From contig CM075988.1 in the NCBI GenBank assembly GCA_038087875.1, positions 26,724,001 to 26,788,000 on the forward strand: 64,000 nucleotides of DNA, given 5' to 3'. Below are positions 58,485 through 64,000 of this stretch, in pieces. A program made the translations under genes and the position numbers. This stretch comes from Malacoraja senta (lineage: Eukaryota). Under the pieces are notes generated by a model, which did no database searches, was not told the DNA's origin, and worked only from the letters and a program-made list of their open reading frames with translations. How positions within the stretch are numbered: position 1 is the first letter of the stretch; the number at the start of each line of letters is the position of its first letter.

Positions 58485-58869
58485 GTTTAAAGAGTTAATT
58501 ACGGTTCCAGCTGAGTTTGACAATGGTGAATATTGTAGATGTGACCCACTCTGCCAATGATAATTGCAATGCTTTATCTGCAGAGATGTGCTGTTAGGGA
58601 CCATTTGGTAGAAGTCAGACATCAAAGTCAAAGAATCATTGTCAAGTTTAAAAGCTTGTGCAGCCTCCTGTGGGATCCAACAGCAGTAGCAAACGTTCCT
58701 CAGATAGATGTCAGTCCCAATCAGTAATTAGGTGAACGTAGTGTTATGCCTTAGTATTGTTCGTGCCTGTACACAAGAGGAACAATGCAGACAAGTTGGG
58801 CTGAAGGGGCTGTTTACTGACTAATTTGCTTAACTGAGCTAATCCAACTTTCTGTTCACCTGGCCCTAT

Positions 58870-59170
58870 TTCTCCAAACCCGTTCTCTCTGCGTACCTGC
58901 CTAAGTGTCTTTTACAAGTTGTAGTGGTACATGCTGCCACCACATCCTCTGGCAACTCAGTCCATGTACACACCGCCAACTGTGTGGAAATAGTTGCCCC
59001 TCAGTTAAAGCTTCGTCTCCTCTGTAAACCTCTGCTGTGTAGTGTTGGACTCCCCAGCCCTGGGTATTCGCCTCGTCTATGCTCCACATGAGTTTAGATA
59101 CCCCAATAAGATCGCCCTTCACCCTCCTCGCATCGCCATCGTAACTCAAACCCTCCAGATGTGGCATGAT
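58870..59170 (-). mobile_element. Old CR1 3' fragment
   Basis: Degenerate LEGLSY...KGDLIGVSKLM peptide. Confidence 0.7.
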
Positions 59171-59561
59171 GTTAAACAACGTTCAATCCCAAAGAGCTAA
59201 TTCTGCACCTGTGCTTCTGTCCTGTTCATTGCTGGGGTGATTCTGAATGGAGTGTTATGTATTTGAACGCTGCACTTTTGTTGTCTTTGAAGGGCGGTTG
59301 GGGCACGTGTCAGTGTGGAACAAAGAGTTCCTGTGTGTGAGCTTTAGTTCTTGTCTGAATCGCAGCCAGTTTGTAAAGAGGCTTTTGTAGATGTAGGTTA
59401 TTGGCCAATGTCATCTCAAGCTCGGGATTCACTGAGGAAATGCAAGTCTTTTATCCTGTTTTCATTACGTAGACTCACTCGAAGCATTATTAATAAGCAT
59501 TAAAGATTATGGAATACATTACTGATACTTTTACTCGAGGGTTTGGATATTGAGTATCACT

Positions 59562-59770
59562 TGAAGATAAGCACAGTGCTGGAGTAACTCAGTGGGACAG
59601 GCAGCATCTCTGGAGAAAAGCAATGGGTGACGTTTCGGGTCGAGACCCTTCTCATCCTGAAACGTCACCTATTCCTTCTCTCCAAAGACGCTGCCTGTCC
59701 TCCTGAGTTACTCCAGCTTTCTGTATCCATCTTCGGTTTAAAGCAGCATCTGCAGTTCCTCCCTACACAT
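59562..59770. mobile_element. Palindromic Penelope-derived element
   Basis: GGTGACGTTTCGGG...CCTGAAACGTCACC centre with inverted arms. Confidence 0.75.
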
Positions 59771-61874
59771 CGAGTAATACTTGGCTATTTGAGTGTTCTG
59801 TGCATCCCTCTCTGTGGCTGCCATCCACACACATGCAGGTACCGTCCCACCTCTGGGTGTAGCTGGCATTTGCCCCTCTGATGGGGGTGGGGGGTGGGGG
59901 CAGGTGGCATTTGTGGTGTTCCTTCTCTTTGTGTCACTTCCATTTCACTGCCACATATCGCCATACGCAGCCTACCCCCCCCCCCCTCCCCTCCACCATT
60001 ACCACCTTCCAACATTGTCCACACCACCTTTTCATAGCTGAAAATCGACGAAGGTCAGGAGTGAAAACTAAGATTTCAGTGTCTTTCAGATGTCGCAATT
60101 AACAGCAAAGGGACCATTTTGAAGTTTGTAGAAACAAGGAATTGCAGCTACTGGTTTACACAAAAGGACACAAAGTGCTGGAGTAACTCAGCGGGTCAGG
60201 CAGCATCTGTGCAGAACATGGATAGGTGACGTTTCACAGAGTGCTGGAGTAACTCAGCGGGTCAGTTCAGATAGAAGATGGATCCCGACCTAAAGGGTCA
60301 CTCCTTTAGATAGGCTCATATAGTTGGAGGGATATGGATCACATGCAAGCTAAGGAGAATATTTTAGCTTGGCATCATGTGGGCTGAAGGACCTGTTCCT
60401 GTGTTGTACCTGTTCCATGTTCAGCTTCTCAAGTGTAATTATGCAATTACATTTAGCAATGAATTTAGATTAAAAATCAGTGTGAATGTTTATAAGCCAT
60501 AGGAGCAGAATTAGGACATTCGGCCCATCGAGTCTATTCTGCCATTCACTCATGACTTTCCCCACAACTCTCGATGAATCCCCATAACTCTTACTGTTCC
60601 ACCATTACTATTCAGAAAGCTGCCAATCTCTGCCTGAATGGTACTGATTGAGTGGAAACTTATAACGAGTAAATATTGTGGAAGCCACAACATGTATTCC
60701 CTCACTGTGATTGTTTGCGACAACTGTCTGGCAGTGCGCCAGGTTTGTTTGCAACCTCTAGTGCTAGAGTTGGCCCCAGGATGGCTGAGGACCACATATC
60801 CATATCATGAGCAAAGTTCTGTAACATTGGCCAACTTTCCCTCATCACCTGCTCTGTAATCTCTCGCTGAAACTCCATTGCTTGACTATCCCGACATCTG
60901 GCATTTTTGTTTTTCACTGTAAACTCTGTGGCCATTTGGAGTAATTCCTGTTGCACTGTCATGACCATTGGACCTACTGACCGGTCGTAGCAATGGGAAA
61001 GCAATGCCTTCATTTAAAAATGTTCAACTTTGATTTGAAACGTCTTGCCTTGTCCTACATCCAGCACCTACATCCTCCTGAGGTCTGTGGTCCTCCACTC
61101 CTGACCCGTCCATCTCAGATATAATCACCTCACTACTGGCAGCTCTGTCTTTACCAGCCGCAGTGTTAGGTTCTGGAATCCTCTCTCTTAGCCTCAACAA
61201 AATCTGCCTCTGAGAACAACACTGGTCACCTGCTCCAAAAACCTGGTCAATGTTGTGCAGTGGGGGTTTAATGACATTCCAGTGGATGTAGCACAAAGTG
61301 GTTTACGCCAATACAGGCGTTAATTAAACCCGGTTGCTGTTTGGCTTCATCCAGTGCCTGGAATCCTGCAGCATTTCATGTACCTGAGAGACAGACAGAC
61401 AGACTGACATGGGTTTGATTTGCTCCCCACCCCCACACAGCTGTTGAACGTTCTATTTCTGCCTCTGCCTCTGCCTCTCACACAGAGAGCAGCTCATTGC
61501 AGCTGGGATATTTCTGGAATCGCTCACTCAGCTCTCTGCCCTGCACATGGTTGAGCTTCTGACACTTGCACCTGAGAAGCAAGACACTTACACCCGATAC
61601 ACGGTGCTGGCAGCTCGACGTCAAGTTAAAGGGTGCTCAGTATGGACAGTTCAGGCAATCTAAGGGTGTTTACACCATTGGAAGATGATCACAATGGTTC
61701 AGTGAATTATAGTTGTATAGAACGATGCAGGCCCTTCAGCCCATCAAAACCCATTTTACACTAATCCCTTTTCATCCTCCCCAGATTCCAACAACTCTTG
61801 CCCACATTCTACCCCACTCTTACAGACCAGAGGCAATTTACAGTGGCCAATCAACTTGCCTACCTGTGATTGAG

Positions 61875-62156
61875 GTTAGTTTCGTTTAGAGATACAGCGC
61901 AGAAACAGGCCCTTCGGCCCACCGAGTCCGTGCCGACCAGCGATCCCCACGCACTAACAGTATCATACATGCACTAGGGACAATTTAGAATTATACTAAA
62001 CTGATTAGCCTACAAACCTGTACGTCTTTGGAGTGTGGGAGGAAACCGGAGCACCCGGAGAAAACCCACGCAGGTCACGGGGGAACGTTCAAACTCCGTA
62101 CAGGCAGCACCCGTAGTCAGGATCCAACCTGGGTCTCTGGCGCTGTGAGGCAGCAA
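61875..62156 (-). mobile_element. tRNA-derived SINE (HE1/V-SINE-like)
   Basis: Same family as 39475-39760 in reverse; 5' head slightly truncated. Confidence 0.85.
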
Positions 62157-63416
62157 ATGGAATGAAACTGATGCACTCAGAGGTCTCAGGCATTTATAGA
62201 GAATAAATGCAAACTGCACATAGGTGGCACCAGATGGAACTAGGGTGAGTGACTGTGAGGAAGCAACTCTACTAGCTGGTAGCTCGACCACGGGTCCTCA
62301 TCAAAGAATGCCGGACACACCTGCAGGAATTTTTCTGTATTCTTTGTGGTGTTGACTGACTCAAGCCTCTCTGTAGTTTTCAACTACTTGCTTCCCCTCA
62401 TTTCTCCATCCCTGGCAGTCAGGGTTATATTTCCCTTCATCTTCTCAATCTTGAATTTGCACAGTCAGTCATTTTTCTGCAACTTCCACCTCTGGAAAAA
62501 GGTGAATCTTGCATTGATATTCTATTTCCTGACTGCAATGCCTCGATGTACATTGGAGTCGGGGAAGTTTATGTTAAGTGGAATCACTGGTATTAATGCA
62601 AGATGCCCAACAGCAAAGCCGTGCTCCAATGAGTCTCCGCAGCAAAGATATGGTGTTTACTAGATTGCCTCATCCAGGGCCAAGGGTGAATGTTGTCCGG
62701 GCTGCTACAGAATGTTCCAGCTATATAGAACAGTGTCACAGGGCCTCCCATGCCCACCTGATAGTGCACCAACTTTGGTTTCTTGCCCCATCCTGAAGAT
62801 GCAGCATCCCTCAAACCGTACTCAACTGTCAGCCTGAATTGTCTGTTTAACTTCTTTGATCTGCAAAACAGCATAATTGTGAGACATCTCTGGAGGTGTA
62901 ACTAAGTTCAAAGCTTTGTACAAACACTGTTGCCTGGAGGTGCCTGAATCAGTGGAAGTTTCCCCAGGTGACATTATTTGCATCTACATTGCATGCTTAT
63001 CTTGCTGAGCGCGCAGGTTGCCATTGGCTAAGGGATGCCAGGGGGTGGGGGGGGGGGGGCTTTTAGTCCATGGGACCGTCACTGTGTAAGAAGGAACTGC
63101 AGATGCTGGTTTAAACCGAAGCTAGACACAAAATGCTGGAGTAACTCGGTGGGACAGGCAGCGTCTCTGGAGAGAAGGAATGGGTGATGTTTCGGGTCGA
63201 GACCCTTTAGACCATCACTCCTGGGCCCAGCAAATACTAACACTCACCAGGCCTGCCCATTAGTGGGCAACCCTGAGACCCACAGCATTGACCACAATGC
63301 TGGCCCTCTGGGCTGGTACCAGTGTGGCACTCAATCATACTGCGCCCTCTGGCCAACAACAGCAGGGAAGCAGCATTTGGGATGATATTGAGATGTTTGA
63401 GTCCATCCATCAGGAG

Positions 63417-63423
63417 CACACAC

Positions 63424-63469
<46 letters not shown>
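63417..63469. repeat. (CA)n microsatellite
   Basis: Direct reading. Confidence 0.97.
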
Positions 63470-63470
<1 letters not shown>

Positions 63471-64000
63471 TCAGCAGTAGGAATGCACCACCTCAGAAAT
63501 CCCCACCCACCCACTTGCCTCAACACTATCACAGAGACATAGAACTAGAGGAACATTGGGAGTGGTGAAGAAAGATTGCAGTGCTGGTCAAGTCTGGAGT
63601 AGGCTCTCACCTCCATGTTCTCCAGGGATACTGCCTGACCTGCTGAGTGACTCCAGCACTTTGTGTGCAGTTGCTTGTTTCCACAGGTAAATGTTCCCTC
63701 AGGCAGAGCAGGAAATGGAGACAGGAAAGATTGGCTTACACAGTCATTTCCTGATTAGAAAATTGGTTGCTTTTTGTGGGAAATTACTTGCCTATACAAT
63801 TCAAAGAATTATATGCTTTGTTGATTTTTCAAGATGTTTCCATTTGCAATCACTACTGTGTGTCGCAAAAACCTTTTCTGTAAATAAAGAGAATCTTGCT
63901 ATTTAAGCAGCACATTGTCCCATTAAAGTAGGTTTATAAACATTGGTGCCAGCATTCTGTGGCATTCAGATGTAATGCTAGCCATTGGTTGGAGACGGGC

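Noticed and set aside
50581..64000. Search for USP28 exon 2 (LNQLREITG-like)
   Set aside because: Not found by eye; probably beyond the window, which limits confidence in the USP28 call.

Overview
Vertebrate genomic DNA. The repeat content (HE1/V-type tRNA SINEs, CR1/HER1 LINEs, Penelope remnants, Rex1/Babar) points to a cartilaginous fish, probably a skate or ray; this is inferred. Two complete 9-exon Cys-loop receptor genes lie in tandem on the minus strand, reconstructed by hand with GT-AG boundaries and consistent phases. HTR3A has CDS 25146..10404 (468 aa). HTR3B has CDS 45631..30626 (about 453-467 aa, depending on the exon 8 donor). A CpG-rich region at about 50.2-50.6 kb holds a probable first coding exon of USP28 on the plus strand, matching the mammalian USP28/HTR3B/HTR3A arrangement. 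The rest is introns and intergenic DNA rich in LINEs, SINEs, a MITE and minisatellites. Most notable observations: (1) a ~125-bp TSD-flanked retroposon (2 copies) whose 5' end folds exactly as a minimal HDV-like ribozyme, one copy in sense orientation inside HTR3A intron 3; (2) many minimal hammerhead ribozyme cores in Penelope-derived repeats; (3) a 5-HT3B subunit that keeps several agonist-binding residues absent from human 5-HT3B and lacks the CRAR ER-retention motif. Comparisons with human and mouse proteins are from recalled sequences and need alignment to confirm.
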